Source: a virus. Taken from it: a stretch of DNA of 64,000 nt. The translations under genes and the position numbers were made by a program. Below the pieces are notes generated by a model. That model had not been told where the DNA came from. It saw only the letters and a list, made by a program, of their open reading frames with translations, and did not search any database. The stretch's first letter is position 1, and each line of letters opens with the position of its first letter. Positions 1 to 10,802 of the stretch are shown here, in pieces. The DNA lies in the IMG/VR virus record IMGVR_UViG_3300022916_000011, positions 1 through 64,000 of that record, one strand, 5' to 3'.

Positions 1-517
1 TTTCCCCACTCAAGTTTTGCGTATCAGATGAGAATTCAACCTTGGCTAACCATCCATAATGACATCTTTTGTACCTGATCATTTGCTGGTCCGCATGGTA
101 GATTGAACAGAATTCTTTTTTCGCCTTTTTCATACTAACGAATGCTCCTTTATCAAGAGAGCATTGGTGATGCCTGTAAGGTTCGATTTCATCCAGACGT
201 TCTTGACTTCCGTTAATACGAAAAGCTAAGTCTACCAATTGATCCGCTTGTTCACTGGTACACCTTAAAGTTCTTATTAATGTTTTCTTGTCCATCAATT
301 TAGCGTGGTAGAAAGCATTATCCTCGGCGTGCATAGGTTCCCCTGTCTTAGAATTAGACAGGTGCATTCTTTCTATGGCTAGAAATCTCTTGTCGAGATC
401 AGCTATTTTATCTCCAACTGCGCCAAGTACTCCATTCACATAGCCTGTGAGAGAAAAATAATCCCCCTCATCATTGAACTCCGCAGTGAACGTATTTGCT
501 CGAAATACTTTTTTCAT
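1..517 (-). CDS. Hypothetical phage protein, truncated by window edge
   Basis: Open frame read manually from ATG near 517 (MKKVFRANTFTAEF...GEPMHAEDNAFYHAK) with an AAGGA RBS upstream; not in the ORF track, consistent with no stop in the window. Confidence 0.6.
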   Translation of the reverse strand, partial: MKKVFRANTFTAEFNDEGDYFSLTGYVNGVLGAVGDKIADLDKRFLAIERMHLSNSKTGEPMHAEDNAFYHAKLMDKKTLIRTLRCTSEQADQLVDLAFRINGSQERLDEIEPYRHHQCSLDKGAFVSMKKAKKEFCSIYHADQQMIRYKRCHYGWLAKVEFSSDTQNLSGE

Positions 518-743
518 GTCATTTTCCTTTCTTAATTTAAGGTTATTGCCAACCCATACTATTCTCCATTATACCTGATAAAAGACTCTTTGGTTTTTGC
601 TTGAGAAATGTAAACAAATGGTGGCCAGTGCCCCCACCTTCCCAGTATAAGGCTTCTACATTTACTTTTAGTGGTCCAATCATTCATAATTGAGTATGAA
701 TCAAAGGCATTTTTTGTCCAAACTCTAAACATTTTTATCCTCC

Positions 744-941
744 TTAGTATGTTTCTTTATCTGGATTATTTTCCCAATCATCTAATTTTTCAAAGTGAAG
801 AAAGATTGCCGTTTCTTTATCTGGTGCAAATTGCCAAACAAAATCTTCAGCTTCCTCTTGTGCTTTTTTCCAGTCTTCATCTTCTGTGAATGCTTTAACT
901 TTGTCTTCCAATAAGAAATAAGCTGTCATGTATCTTGCCAT
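744..941 (-). CDS. Hypothetical protein
   Basis: 65-aa ORF with GGAGG RBS, in a tightly packed minus-strand operon. Confidence 0.7.
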   Translation of the reverse strand: MARYMTAYFLLEDKVKAFTEDEDWKKAQEEAEDFVWQFAPDKETAIFLHFEKLDDWENNPDKETY

Positions 942-950
942 TTTATCCTC

Positions 951-1175
951 CTATAGTTTTATTACATCAGTAATGGGGTTGGATCTGGTGAACAATTCAC
1001 CTTGAGAAATTTGACAGGCCTCATAAACAGGTCTGCGATAGCCATTAAATCTTTTAGCATCATCAATTGAGGTTTCAATGGAATTTCTAGCGTCTAGGAT
1101 AACAGTAGCCCTATCACCTAATTCAGCTTGAAATTCCCCTTTCTTGTCTACATGTCCATACTCTACGAAACGCAT
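951..1175 (-). CDS. Hypothetical protein
   Basis: 74-aa ORF with GGAGG RBS. Confidence 0.7.
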   Translation of the reverse strand: MRFVEYGHVDKKGEFQAELGDRATVILDARNSIETSIDDAKRFNGYRRPVYEACQISQGELFTRSNPITDVIKL

Positions 1176-1185
1176 ATTTTCCTCC

Positions 1186-1467
1186 TTATAGTGTTGCGAA
1201 AAATGCTACCACCCTTTTAATAAGATGGACATTCTTAATACTCTTAAATCTGTGGGATTGTGGTGTTCCTTCAATACGATACCAATTATAAAATAATTTG
1301 TAATAGTATTGGATTTTTTCTCGTTCCTTTTCTGTGAAAGTTTCATTGTATTTTCTACGTTTACTTCCATGGTTTTTCTGCTTCCACATCTCTACAATGA
1401 TGGGGGTCTGTAAATCGTCAAGTTCCTTGTTGCCAAGTTCAATCAGAAATATTGGTTTCATTTTCAT
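1186..1467 (-). CDS. Hypothetical protein
   Basis: 93-aa ORF with AAGGAG RBS. Confidence 0.7.
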   Translation of the reverse strand: MKMKPIFLIELGNKELDDLQTPIIVEMWKQKNHGSKRRKYNETFTEKEREKIQYYYKLFYNWYRIEGTPQSHRFKSIKNVHLIKRVVAFFATL

Positions 1468-1565
1468 CTCCTTTCTTAATTAGAGTTTACCCTTCTTGCC
1501 TCCACTAAACGAAATGCTTAGTGAAAATAAGAAAGGTGGGGGAATACCCCCACCTCTGCTATCTC

Positions 1566-2417
1566 TTAATATTTCCGGAGTAAGTTCATAACCTGATCCG
1601 TTTTGGTCATTCTAACAATTGGAGAATCTAAATCCCGTAAATATTGAGTAGAAGCCATTGCTACATCCCAAAGATTAGGGGGTACATTCCCTTTAGTAGT
1701 TTCATTGAGTGAGTACCCAACACCATCCATGGGCAGAGCCAATACCTCTGGTAATTGTTTTTTACCAAAAGGAAGTTTTTCTTGAATCTCAACCCAATCG
1801 GGTGCGGTAAGCTGGCGTTCAGCCCAATGTTTCCAGATACCAGTTTCATCAGCAAATTCCATCATACCGATCTTCATATTCTCCACCATAGCAGAGATTG
1901 AAAGTCCAAGACCGTGTTTCTTTTTATCAGAAAATGCAGACTTTCCAATGGTCAACCCATTAGTACAGACCAAAACAATAGCACCACCCGTAAAGGATGG
2001 TTCCCACATACCGTCATGTGAACTTTTGATTTTAATATTAGGAGTTACCTGTTGACCTTCACGAATGGTAATGGGAGCACACTCATTGAATTTTAATTCA
2101 AAAATGAATTTATTCCCGTCTTGAAGAAGTTGAATGTTTGCTGTGGGAGTACCGTATTCTTCTAGTTTAGCCATAGCTTTCTCAGCATGCCAGATAATTT
2201 CTTCATACTGAAGAATTTCATATTTGCGGTTGGATACATCTGAAGCTACATATGCCAGATGCTCTTCATCCTTGTAGTCAACGATGATTCCCATTTTGCT
2301 TTCTGCACGATGATGTTGCCTACGCCCATACCAAATAGGTTCTTTTCTTGCATAGGGGAAATCTATTTCGGGGTATTTTTCCCTCACTTCTGCCATAATA
2401 TCGTCTACAAATGCCAT
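1566..2417 (-). CDS. DUF932-family phage/plasmid protein
   Basis: Motifs SSHDG and VLVCTNGL, typical of DUF932; first gene after a consensus promoter. Confidence 0.75.
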   Translation of the reverse strand: MAFVDDIMAEVREKYPEIDFPYARKEPIWYGRRQHHRAESKMGIIVDYKDEEHLAYVASDVSNRKYEILQYEEIIWHAEKAMAKLEEYGTPTANIQLLQDGNKFIFELKFNECAPITIREGQQVTPNIKIKSSHDGMWEPSFTGGAIVLVCTNGLTIGKSAFSDKKKHGLGLSISAMVENMKIGMMEFADETGIWKHWAERQLTAPDWVEIQEKLPFGKKQLPEVLALPMDGVGYSLNETTKGNVPPNLWDVAMASTQYLRDLDSPIVRMTKTDQVMNLLRKY

Positions 2418-2452
2418 GTTCGTTCTCCTTTCTCAATTTAGGGTTTAACTAC

Positions 2453-2481
2453 ATTATAATTTTTTTTACTGTAAATGTCAA
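2453..2481 (-). promoter_or_regulatory. Sigma70-type early promoter TTGACA-N17-TATAAT
   Basis: Perfect consensus on minus strand (tgtcaa 2476-2481, attata 2453-2458). Confidence 0.9.
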
Positions 2482-2494
2482 GAGATTAATTCGA

Positions 2495-3280
2495 TTAAAA
2501 GTAGGCACTTTGCCAATCATCTTCTTCATAATCAAATTTACTAAGGTATTTCTCCATTTCGTTCTTCACTTCAATTTTAAAGTCTTTTACTTTGGAGAAG
2601 ATAAATTCTGGTTTATCCTGATTTTTGTAAGATACGTCACACCCCCTTATAATATTTCCTTTACAATTTAAGTAGACTGCTCCTTCACTTATTCTTGTTC
2701 TTTCATAATCGTATTCCTCCAGTTTAAATTTTTCCGGTTTAATTTCTTTCATCCCCCGCCCATCAGCCCTACCTTGATTGATAAGACTGAATCCCTCATC
2801 AATTTTACCAATTGTATTCCTTTTGTGGATGAAATCTTCCATACCACATTCGTACTCAAAATATTCTTCTAGCCTATAAAAGAAGTTCATATTATCATCA
2901 TGGAATTGATCATTGGAAACATCAACGCTGGAGATTTCATTCTCAGAACAGAATTGATACCAGGAGTACAGTATGTCACAAAATGCTCGCCTATATTGCT
3001 TCCCGTTAGTAGCAACGTAAAAGTTACCCACTTCAATATTCTTCCATCTACAGATTCCTAATGTTTCCTCCATAACTTTAATTCCCGATGGTAAGGAAGG
3101 TTCACCCCCTGTAAATGTAATTGAATTGATATAGTCCACTTGAGAAAAAATAGACCCTAAATATTTTCTGTCCATAGTAAGTTTCTGTGGTTCACCACGT
3201 AGGCAATGCGCACATTGCATATTGCAGTGCCTCGTTGTTTCTATTACCAGATTATCCAACTGTAACATTTTTACCTCCAT
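2495..3280 (-). CDS. Radical SAM protein
   Basis: CNMQCAHC (CxxxCxxC), TGGEP and ATNG motifs. Confidence 0.9.
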   Translation of the reverse strand: MEVKMLQLDNLVIETTRHCNMQCAHCLRGEPQKLTMDRKYLGSIFSQVDYINSITFTGGEPSLPSGIKVMEETLGICRWKNIEVGNFYVATNGKQYRRAFCDILYSWYQFCSENEISSVDVSNDQFHDDNMNFFYRLEEYFEYECGMEDFIHKRNTIGKIDEGFSLINQGRADGRGMKEIKPEKFKLEEYDYERTRISEGAVYLNCKGNIIRGCDVSYKNQDKPEFIFSKVKDFKIEVKNEMEKYLSKFDYEEDDWQSAYF

Positions 3281-3554
3281 TGTCCCAATTTCTATCTAGC
3301 CTATTCAAGAGTTCGTAATACTCATTATAATAAACTTCTTCAGGATCATCACTGTCTGGATAGGTAAATGCTGCAATAGCATTATCTGAATTCATTATTC
3401 CGGGGTTGGGTGCATTCTCCCAACGAAGAATAACGATTTTTTCTCCATCTTTCGTTATCCATTCACCGAGAAGATCACAGAAAAGGTTTCTCCTTGTAAT
3501 CTTCAATCTTTCTTTCCTATCATGTTCTTTCTTCATTTCTAAAAAATCTGGCAT
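3252..3554 (-). CDS. Hypothetical protein
   Basis: 100-aa ORF with AAGGAG RBS. Confidence 0.65.
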   Translation of the reverse strand: MPDFLEMKKEHDRKERLKITRRNLFCDLLGEWITKDGEKIVILRWENAPNPGIMNSDNAIAAFTYPDSDDPEEVYYNEYYELLNRLDRNWDNGGKNVTVG

Positions 3555-3632
3555 AATACACTCCTTTTATTAGGGTTTTAAGTGAATTCCAACATATAGT
3601 GGGGGTATAAGTTACCCCCACCTATTTTGGAA

Positions 3633-4334
3633 TTAACCTATTGCTGCCATCTTCTGAGATCCATTAACACCCTTGCTAAGACTGACACGATCGCCAGCAG
3701 CTTGACCTTTAGCCCATACTGACCTGTTTTCAGTAATAACTGGACGATTACCTGTTCTAAGTCTCGGAAAGGTTTTCTTAGTGAATGCTTCCGTAGCTGC
3801 TTTCTTCACAGTTACCAAAGCCAAAGAATCAGAGGTTTTAATCTCCTGTCTTTTCACATACAACATTTCCATTCTGTGAATAATTCTGTTGACCATTGAA
3901 TGAGCAAAGGTATTCCTTATTGATCTACCCATCCCTTGATTTTCAACATCAGTAATTCTACCAACAGTCCTTCTAAGATACTTTGTGAAGTAGATCGTCA
4001 TATCCACATCTGATTTAGTACCCAAAAATGCGAGGTGCCAACCATCTCTTTTGGTATATCGGACGGTTTTAACATCGAAACACTCTCCTATACCATTAGC
4101 TAGAACAGCTTCCCACATAACTCCTCTCATTGTTCTACCTTTAAGATCCATTCTGATCATTGAAGCTGTAACTTCTTCCTCGGTTTGACAATCGCCAAGG
4201 GTTAGAGAGTGTTTTTCCATAAAAAATGCTGCTTTTTCCATTGCCAATGTAGCTTCTGCTTCATTGGGTGAAGTCGCCAGTCTCATCAACTTCTGGATTT
4301 TATCCAAGACTTGATCTCTTGTCATTTCTGCCAT
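3633..4334 (-). CDS. DUF2786-domain protein
   Basis: N-terminal LDKIQKLMRLATSPNEAEATLAMEKA signature; C-terminal GQAAGDRVSL. Confidence 0.85.
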   Translation of the reverse strand: MAEMTRDQVLDKIQKLMRLATSPNEAEATLAMEKAAFFMEKHSLTLGDCQTEEEVTASMIRMDLKGRTMRGVMWEAVLANGIGECFDVKTVRYTKRDGWHLAFLGTKSDVDMTIYFTKYLRRTVGRITDVENQGMGRSIRNTFAHSMVNRIIHRMEMLYVKRQEIKTSDSLALVTVKKAATEAFTKKTFPRLRTGNRPVITENRSVWAKGQAAGDRVSLSKGVNGSQKMAAIG

Positions 4335-4335
4335 T

Positions 4336-5477
4336 TTATTTCTTCCCCCCTACCACTTTAAGATCCGCTCTTTTTTGATCGGGTTCTCTGAGATCCATAT
4401 GAGAGTCCGATATGACACATCTGTAAAGACTTCTCTCCGTCATTACTTGAAATGCTTCAAATGCGGGATCATCGAAATCTAATTCCTCAAATCTAATTTC
4501 ATTAGCGCCTTCTTCTTCACCATTTTTTTCCAATACAACAATGTGATTACCCATAAATTATTTCCCTTTCTTAATTTGATTGTATTCACGAATTACATCG
4601 GCCCCACACCAGGGACAATGCTTGATACCGTATATCTCCTTTGAATGGAAGGAAATGTCTGCTAATTTAGCTGTATCATTTTCCACACTAAAATTTTCTC
4701 TTCTGATCCATTCACTCATAATATCGCAACATGGGTGAATTGATTCCAGCATGTCAGCACTTTGACATCTATTGGTTCGCAAAGTGTACGTTAAATGCTC
4801 GTCCAGTTTTCTCATTTCACTCTCCTTTCTAAGTGTACCGTTCATTAATAAGAGTGTCACAAGCCTTTACCAAAGCATCGTGACCATAACCCTTCAAGGA
4901 TTCAGCGATCAACTTTTTCACCTTGACATCACCTTTACTGGCATCGTAAATTCGATCACCAATGAAGTCCCCCACCGAGGCGGGGTCGTTATAGAATTCA
5001 TCTGCCCGTTTTTCAACTTCCATGTAATCAATCTCATCTTGATAATTATTAGTTTCCATCCTAACGGAACCCTCTGCAAAATCGTAACATGCAGATTGCA
5101 GATCGGAATAAATCTGACTTGCTGCCGCATCTATATCTACCATCTTATTCTCCTCCAAATATTTTTGAGATATTTGCGTATATGTCAGCCTCTTTTCTAA
5201 TATCTGGTGCCGACAGTCTTTCAATGTACGGGTATTGCCATGCGTCACCTAATGGTACATGGATCAATTCTAAAGGTTTCAGTGAAAGGATCATGTAAAC
5301 AGCGTAGCCGTCTGCTGCGGGGAATTGTACCACCTTACCTTTGTATCTCCCCCTACCATTCTCCTTACACCATGCAGTCAGTTTATCCAGATATTCTTTT
5401 TCTTGTTTTTGCCAATCACTTGACCAATCCATATGTGGTGGGTCAAATGGTACTGAGTAAACTTTCCCCATACTCAT
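4336..5477 (-). CDS. Run of four small hypothetical genes (4336-4554, 4558-~4815, 4829-~5143, 5145-5477)
   Basis: Contiguous minus-strand ORFs with RBSs; no recognisable motifs. Confidence 0.6.
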
Positions 5478-5572
5478 CTCCTTTCGTTAGGGTTTACATT
5501 AATTAATTAAGTGAACGTATATAAGGCCCACTTAATTAATTAATGGGGTATCTCAGGATACCCCACCCTCCT

Positions 5573-7126
5573 TTACTTTTTGAGCTTAGTAATTTTGTCG
5601 TAAATACGGCCTGACTTCCAAGTGTTTTCTTCTACCGCTTCTCTCTTTGAGGAGTAACTTTCATGATGGTATCCCTCATAGAAATGGGTAACTTCATGAA
5701 TGGCTATCTGTTTGATTTTGAGTCCCAAAATCTTTCTATTTGAAAGACTGTATTTTTCAAAGATTTTATATGGATGTAGCAAGAACACCTTCTTATTTTT
5801 AATGGTTCCAGAAAACTCAAATTCTCCTTGCTCATCTCTGCTCACGATGGTAGAATCTTTCTCCGAAGTGTAACTTGCAAGAGATTCTCCAGTCATGAAA
5901 CCTGTACTGAATCTTCCGTAGATGTGATTGTCCAACAAGACCTGTTTTATAGTCTCAGTCCACATACTAGCAAGAGTCCTTGCTCTCTTGGTGGTCAGAA
6001 ACTTCCTCATTTCAGTAAGATCACCCTTTTCACACTTGGTAAGGAATGACGATTTGTACCCAACGAATTTAAGGAAACTTTCTTTATCACCAAAATCCAT
6101 ATCATCGTCAATTCCCGTTGTTATCCTAGAGGTTGTGAGTTTGGGGTCCAGACCTTGTTGAAGTGCAATCTTAGCCATCATTTTGAGTAATTCAGGTGAG
6201 ACTTTATTCCAATGTACTTCATTAAAAATTTCGTCAACATCTTCCTCTCTAATTTCAGCATCATCTTCACCTGGAACTGTTGCTACAATTTCCACGGTAT
6301 CAGGTTTCAAAGTGGAGACTCTATCTAACATTATTTCTTCCAAGAATTTTTCAGCTTTTCGTTTTGGTTCCCACTTCATACCATCTCTGTTCGATGTAAG
6401 AAATTCCAGAGACTTTTGATTCAGTTCAAGGGTCAGTTTGGCTTCAGCATTCTTCAGCGTCTCTCCGATATACCAGTTATGCATCCAAATACCGTTAATT
6501 CTGACACTGATAGATTCATCCCAACCATTTTCGGTATCCATGTAAAGGTCTCCGACATCAGGTATGGTTTTCAAAAAATTACCTTTAGGGGAGATGGTAT
6601 AAATATTCTTTCCATTAACTTGAATAGAAGTGTCAGTTTCAATTTTCTCCGCTACATCTGTAAATTCCCGCACCAACCAATCAAAGTCTTCCTCTTTCTG
6701 AATTAAGATTGAGACTTTAGTACCTTCCTGAAATTCATCAATCTCTGTAATATCGAAACGATCCCCTGCACCAGTTATCAGGAAGTTGTGCGTGTGAATT
6801 TCATAAGAGATCCAAGAGAAAAATAGAATTTCTTTAGCTTTCCCAAAAGCCCCTGCTGCATCATCACTCTGTTTAAATGAACCCCCCAGGAACAGCAACT
6901 TTTCAGTAATAACGTCCAAATCCATACCGCAACCATCGTCTGTAACAACGATGGTTCTGGATTCTTCATCACTTGTCACTAATATTGTGGTCGCTCCAGC
7001 GTCTATGCTGTTCTGATAGAACTCCCTAGCCAGTGCTTCTCTGAAATTAGAATAGTCATGTTTGGCCATCTTCAGAAAGTATTCGTTTGGAATACCAATT
7101 CGACCATTCTCAACTAACTTTCCCAT
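5573..7126 (-). CDS. GHKL (Hsp90/MORC-like) ATPase with C-terminal HExxH metallopeptidase-like motif
   Basis: REFYQNSIDAGA (N box), DDGCGM (G1), GAFGKAK (G2); C-terminal AIHEVTHFYEGYH. Confidence 0.8.
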   Translation of the reverse strand: MGKLVENGRIGIPNEYFLKMAKHDYSNFREALAREFYQNSIDAGATTILVTSDEESRTIVVTDDGCGMDLDVITEKLLFLGGSFKQSDDAAGAFGKAKEILFFSWISYEIHTHNFLITGAGDRFDITEIDEFQEGTKVSILIQKEEDFDWLVREFTDVAEKIETDTSIQVNGKNIYTISPKGNFLKTIPDVGDLYMDTENGWDESISVRINGIWMHNWYIGETLKNAEAKLTLELNQKSLEFLTSNRDGMKWEPKRKAEKFLEEIMLDRVSTLKPDTVEIVATVPGEDDAEIREEDVDEIFNEVHWNKVSPELLKMMAKIALQQGLDPKLTTSRITTGIDDDMDFGDKESFLKFVGYKSSFLTKCEKGDLTEMRKFLTTKRARTLASMWTETIKQVLLDNHIYGRFSTGFMTGESLASYTSEKDSTIVSRDEQGEFEFSGTIKNKKVFLLHPYKIFEKYSLSNRKILGLKIKQIAIHEVTHFYEGYHHESYSSKREAVEENTWKSGRIYDKITKLKK

Positions 7127-7153
7127 TCTCAACTCCTTTCTTAGATTTAAAGG

Positions 7154-7405
7154 TTACTCTGCATCTAACTCCACTTCCAAGTTCATGATTACTCTTTCAA
7201 TCTTTCCTTTCATTTCTACAAGGTAAACGATAAGGTCTTCCGCAGTGTCCCCAAACCCTGCTGTTGTGTTTCTCCTGCAATTCTTGAGTTCGTAGTCCAA
7301 TCTTTGAAATTTATCCAGTAACGAAAAAACACCTGCATCTTCCAGGTGTTCTTGGTTCCAACCCTCACAATCTTGACAGTAAAGTTCTTCTTCATTTCTC
7401 CTCAT
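7154..7405 (-). CDS. Hypothetical protein
   Basis: 83-aa ORF with AAGGAG RBS. Confidence 0.6.
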   Translation of the reverse strand: MRRNEEELYCQDCEGWNQEHLEDAGVFSLLDKFQRLDYELKNCRRNTTAGFGDTAEDLIVYLVEMKGKIERVIMNLEVELDAE

Positions 7406-7506
7406 GATACACTCCTTTCAGTATGGGTTCACATTTACTTCCTTAAAAGAGACAGTATCTCCTTTAAGTAAGTGGGGTAGGGGTCTCCCCCCACCCACTC
7501 TAGGTT

Positions 7507-8259
7507 TTAAGCATTGACTGCCATATCCATCTGAGTTTCTTCTTCAACAACTTCCTCAGACGGCTCTTCTACTTTCTCCTCAACTTTAGCTTCACCAGTT
7601 TCCTCAGCTTCAGCTTCGGCCGCTTTTGCAGCGTCACGCTCTGCTTTCCATGCAATGTACGCTTTGGTATCAGAACGTGGCACGATGTTGTCATTGTTGA
7701 CATCCACCACACTGATGATTCCAGTAGCGGTTTCGTCAATCACCCACCCCTGTTTCCTACGACCAGTGAAGTGAGCCACAATGCTCTTTTCGTTCCTGAA
7801 CTGTACGTTAAGTTGCTCAGCCGCACTTGCAGAGGTTTCGAGAAATTCGGCCATGGTAGCACCGACAACCAGAAGTTTATCGAAAGCCAAACACATGGAA
7901 CCAGCTTCAACACCCCCGATATCCTCAATCAGTTCGTTGATGTCTTTGTACTTGCTTTTGACGGCAACCGCTTTACCAGTACGGGGTCCAGTCTCTTTTT
8001 TCGGTTTGGGTGCATTTTTGACCGCTTCCTTCTCTGCTTTCTCAGAAGTAGCCGTTCTGCAAGCTACCAGAGAGGGACAATCTTCACAATCTGGAGAAGC
8101 TACATCGAATGCTCCAAATGCACCGCAATCCTCACTTTCAGGGGTAGCATCAACAACTACTGCCTCATCAAGCATGTCCTGCAATTGGGTTTTCGTCAAT
8201 TTCGTGGTAGTTTCAATTCCCATCTCGGTCAGCGTGTTACGGATTTCTTCTTTAGTCAT
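7507..8259 (-). CDS. Putative nucleic-acid-binding protein (Rho_N/HeH-like N-terminus, 4-Cys cluster, acidic tail)
   Basis: MTKEEIRNTLTEMGIETTTKLTKTQLQDML resembles helix-extension-helix; CGAFG..CEDC..C cluster; E-rich C-terminus. Confidence 0.55.
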   Translation of the reverse strand: MTKEEIRNTLTEMGIETTTKLTKTQLQDMLDEAVVVDATPESEDCGAFGAFDVASPDCEDCPSLVACRTATSEKAEKEAVKNAPKPKKETGPRTGKAVAVKSKYKDINELIEDIGGVEAGSMCLAFDKLLVVGATMAEFLETSASAAEQLNVQFRNEKSIVAHFTGRRKQGWVIDETATGIISVVDVNNDNIVPRSDTKAYIAWKAERDAAKAAEAEAEETGEAKVEEKVEEPSEEVVEEETQMDMAVNA

Positions 8260-8484
8260 GATATAATTCCTTTCTTACTCTGTGGTAAACAATCTTTTAA
8301 GCAGTATCTCAAGCCCCACCCTGTTGAAGCGCCATGCTTAAAATTTGTTTTACCTATATAGTGGGTCGGGTTAATGGTTTTCCATCGACTGTGGTGCTTC
8401 TCACGAAGCGAGAAGCGGGATTATAACACTGGTTTCAGGGTTAATTTTCAAGGTTGCGATTTCAGTTGGCGTTCATTTGTATCT

Positions 8485-8513
8485 AATATACATTTTTTTA
8501 CTGGGAAAGTCAA
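8485..8513 (-). promoter_or_regulatory. Sigma70-type promoter TTGACT-N17-TATATT
   Basis: Near-consensus boxes with exact 17-bp spacer. Confidence 0.8.
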
Positions 8514-8547
8514 GTAAATAATGCATAGTTCCCAAGAAAAATTCGTT

Positions 8548-10209
8548 TTAATCTTTCGGCCTAGAAACGCTTTCCCTCATAAATCTTTTTACTCGTTCAA
8601 TGTCCTGTAAGTAAGTACCGATTGTATCCGCATCTTCAAATTTTTGAAGTTCTTCCACCTGATCTTCTGCCAGATAGATGCAATTATCTAAAGCTCGGAT
8701 AAGTTTGCGGTCAATAGGTTTGACCTCCCCCTTACTCGAAATTTTTTCGAGTGACCTTGCAATGCTTGGCATTGTGACATTATAGAATGTCAGACCCATC
8801 CTTGTCTCATGTAAGTGTGGCATTTTTCTCCCCCTCCAATCTCCATATTTCAGTGTAGTCCCTGATTACCAACCGCTGGCAATCTTCTGGTAGATCCTTG
8901 AACTTGATCTTCCTCCCAAGGTGACTGTACTTTGGATAATCAATTACAGTTTCATTCCAACCGTGAATACAAAATCCTTGTGGGTGGAATGGGTTGCTTG
9001 ACATTCCAACATAGTCGCACCCATTCCTTCCTCTGTAATTCCCAGTATATACCACAGTATAACGATCAAAGGTTTTACCTCCATTGTCGTATGCTCTGAT
9101 ATGTCGTGGTACATCATTTGGCATGAATCTTTCTCGTCTTGTCATGAGTTCCTCCTTTCCAGTTAGAGTTATAAAATTCTTTAAAGGGGTAGTTTCCTAC
9201 CCCCTCTCAGTATCCTACAACATTAATTCATCAATGTAATCAGGTTCCAGACTGAACCATTCAGCACAAATGTCGAGTGGCATTTCACCCCCATCTAGTC
9301 TTTCAAGGAGATCTTCTCTCGCCTCCTCAACCATATCATCAGCATCTTCTTTAGTCATTCCATCTCTCCTCATCAAAATTTCTGCAATGCCCATTTTAGT
9401 CCTCCATCTTTTTTAGATTCTGTACGATATGCAGTGCCAGAGTTATGTAGTCATCCAGTTGACCTTCTGTGGGTTCTTCAACATCCCAATCCCTATCATC
9501 CTGAATACCGTACAGAGTGTCACACCCACTACAGGAACCGTACCAGACTTTGACATACCAGTAGTTATGAGGCTGGTAGGTGCTTTCAGGAATCACGAAA
9601 AGCAGTGTCCCCTGATAATCACCATCGTTGATTATTGTTATATTGTCAGGGTCTGGATTGTATTCGCAATCATCCTCATTCCGTACCAGAGTGATAACTG
9701 CTTTAACGATGTCCTTGTATTGCGTGGGTTCGTTCTCCTTGAACTGATTTCTCAGTTCGCTTTTACCGTCCATGAATCTTGCAACGAATTTGTCAATCAT
9801 TTTACTCCTCCTCTGGTACTCCCTCTAAAGTAACGTAGTCACCATCCTTAAGACATTTGATAGCAAAATCAAACATCGCCTGCATTCTACCATCGAACTT
9901 GCCAGATTTAGTGTGACCTACATTAGCTTCCCAAATGTCAGTGATGTATCCACCGTCCTTGGGGTTGCCATTAAATGACACAACTCGGATTGCTTTTAGT
10001 TTCATGTCATCCTCCTATATAACAGTTATCCAGTTATCATGCGTAACTTCAACACTCAATTCCAAATCACATTCATCATGGTATCGTTCCAATTTGATGC
10101 TAAGAATCGTATCATCCTCAAACAAGATTTCGATGAGATCCTCATCCATTTGTCTAATACCCTTGACTTTTCTACCATCCAATGCTTTTATGATTTCTTT
10201 CATGTCCAT
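8548..10209 (-). CDS. Run of small hypothetical genes (8548-8823, 8807-9145, 9215-9394, 9396-9800, 9802-10005, 10015-10209)
   Basis: Contiguous or overlapping ORFs with GGAG RBSs; 9215-9394 read manually. Confidence 0.65.
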
Positions 10210-10802
10210 TATTCTTCTCCTTTCTTGTAGTATCCAACCTTCACACGATCATTTATACCGCTCCATGATTTCATATCAAAATCTGGTACACTTTCATCCT
10301 CTTTGAAATTTTCGTGAAATTCATCTGTGGCAGTACAACCTCCCCAACCTTCACCTATATAAATAATGGGTCTGTCTGAACCCCACTCCTCACATATGTA
10401 TTCAATCTCTGGATCTTCATAAGGTGGCCACGATACGATCAGTACTTCCGCATCAGAATATTTCTTGACAGCACTCATACCATCCAGGTTCTCTACTATG
10501 CTGAAGGGTTTACCCTTGGAGTGACGACAACCCACCCATGATTGATCATCAGTGGACTTGATGTTCACACCGTAATCATTCAGTGCTTTGGACAACCAAC
10601 CATGACCTGCCATGATTTCGAGACATTTACGTTTCCCCAACCATAGAGCAAGGTCTTTAGTCCAGATTTCATCAATGACTGCCCACATACCCCTGCTAGT
10701 AGCTTCATTCCTATACTCATAATTATAGAAGGAATGACATTTTAAAGGTTCAGGGGGTATAAATCCAGTGTCAAGAAAATTTATGAAAGCCTTTGGTGTC
10801 AT
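10209..10802 (-). CDS. Class I SAM-dependent methyltransferase-like protein
   Basis: CLEIMAGHGWLSKAL (motif I-like) and VSWPPY (motif IV-like). Confidence 0.65.
   Translation of the reverse strand: MTPKAFINFLDTGFIPPEPLKCHSFYNYEYRNEATSRGMWAVIDEIWTKDLALWLGKRKCLEIMAGHGWLSKALNDYGVNIKSTDDQSWVGCRHSKGKPFSIVENLDGMSAVKKYSDAEVLIVSWPPYEDPEIEYICEEWGSDRPIIYIGEGWGGCTATDEFHENFKEDESVPDFDMKSWSGINDRVKVGYYKKGEE

Noticed and set aside
7771-8361. Plus-strand ORFs of 161-196 aa
   Set aside because: Antisense to a well-formed gene with its own promoter and RBS
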